Shown piece after piece: positions 43,621-44,150 of a stretch of 44,150 bases of DNA. The DNA comes from Candidatus Poribacteria bacterium. Lineage in GTDB: Bacteria > Poribacteria > WGA-4E > UBA9662. Every line of letters starts with the position of its first letter. The first letter of the stretch is position 1. The translations under genes and the position numbers were made by a program. Location: NCBI GenBank assembly GCA_046582655.1, contig JAYGDX010000209.1:1-44150 (forward strand), read 5' to 3'. The notes beneath the pieces were generated by a model, which saw only the letters and a list, made by a program, of their open reading frames with translations, was not told the DNA's origin and did not search any database.

Positions 43621-44150
43621 AGGGCTTGTTAACATTCACGCCAAGCAGATAATGGTACACACCAAGTTGAGCCTAGACATGAAGTTGCGATCAAGCTTTT
43701 TATAGCGCCTGGCAATACGGCGAAACTGTTTAATTTTATTGAAGAAACGCTCCACCAGGTTGCGGTCTTAGTACCAGTGAAGATCAGACTCTGGTTGTTG
43801 GTTGCGATTACTGCGCGCTGGTATGACCACCATGGCTTCCATGCCTTGGATCATTTGGATGAAATCATTGGCATCATCTGCCTTGTCGGCAATCACCATC
43901 TCAGGATCCAAACCCTGGATCAAGGCGGGAGCCTGGATCGGAATCTTGACCGGCGGTCAAAATGGAACGTAATGGATTGCCTAAGGCATCAACCGCTGAA
44001 TGAATCTTGGTGGTCAATCCACCACGCCAGCGACCGATGGCCTGAGGCCCTTCTTTTTTTTCACCTGCACCATGCTGATGAACTCGAATGATTGTGCTAT
44101 CCAGGAGAAGTTGTTCCAGATCAATATCATCGGAGACCTGTTCCAGCAAA
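43621..44150 (-). mobile_element. IS5-family (IS427-like) element, right part, inactivated transposase; runs off the window
   Basis: DSTIIRVHQHGAG..GGLTTKIH..DALGNP / ADKA..VIP..RNLVERFFNKIKQFRRIARRY. Frameshift near 43925 and internal TAA near 43768. Stop at 43636. End next to CTAG at 43619-43622. Confidence 0.88.

Noticed and set aside
44050..44065. Programmed -1 frameshift at the A-run in the IS5 transposase
   Set aside because: The frame already reads through here, and downstream lesions inactivate this copy.
43777..44091. 104-aa His-rich plus-strand ORF
   Set aside because: Antisense to the IS5 transposase.

Overview
About 44 kb of bacterial chromosome. The NYPNPFNPETWIPYQL FlgD-Ig tail and the LamG protein with a 'V..KDKL.T' tail suggest Ca. 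Poribacteria (inference). The core is the classic origin-proximal gene block rpmH <- -> dnaN-recF-dciA(DUF721)-gyrB-gyrA. rpmH is absent from the ORF track and I read it by hand. dnaA is missing from this block, the spacer has no DnaA boxes, and rnpA/yidD/yidC do not follow rpmH. The gyrase carries natural substitutions at quinolone- and aminocoumarin-contact residues. Other content: a two-gene pyruvate:ferredoxin oxidoreductase-like locus with a small intervening ORF, ispH, ubiE/menG, a DUF5069-dehydrogenase module behind a near-consensus promoter, GH95, a sulfatase, PP2C, an RNase Z-like protein, mtnP, a cysteine synthase, DUF1015, a CinA-like protein, an IF-1 with a ~45-aa N-terminal extension, and a J-domain protein. 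There are several eroded genes (one is an IS5/LamG/PhyH chimera), short tandem duplications and two IS5-family remnants. I saw no tRNA, rRNA or CRISPR array. All family calls come from motif recognition, not database searches.
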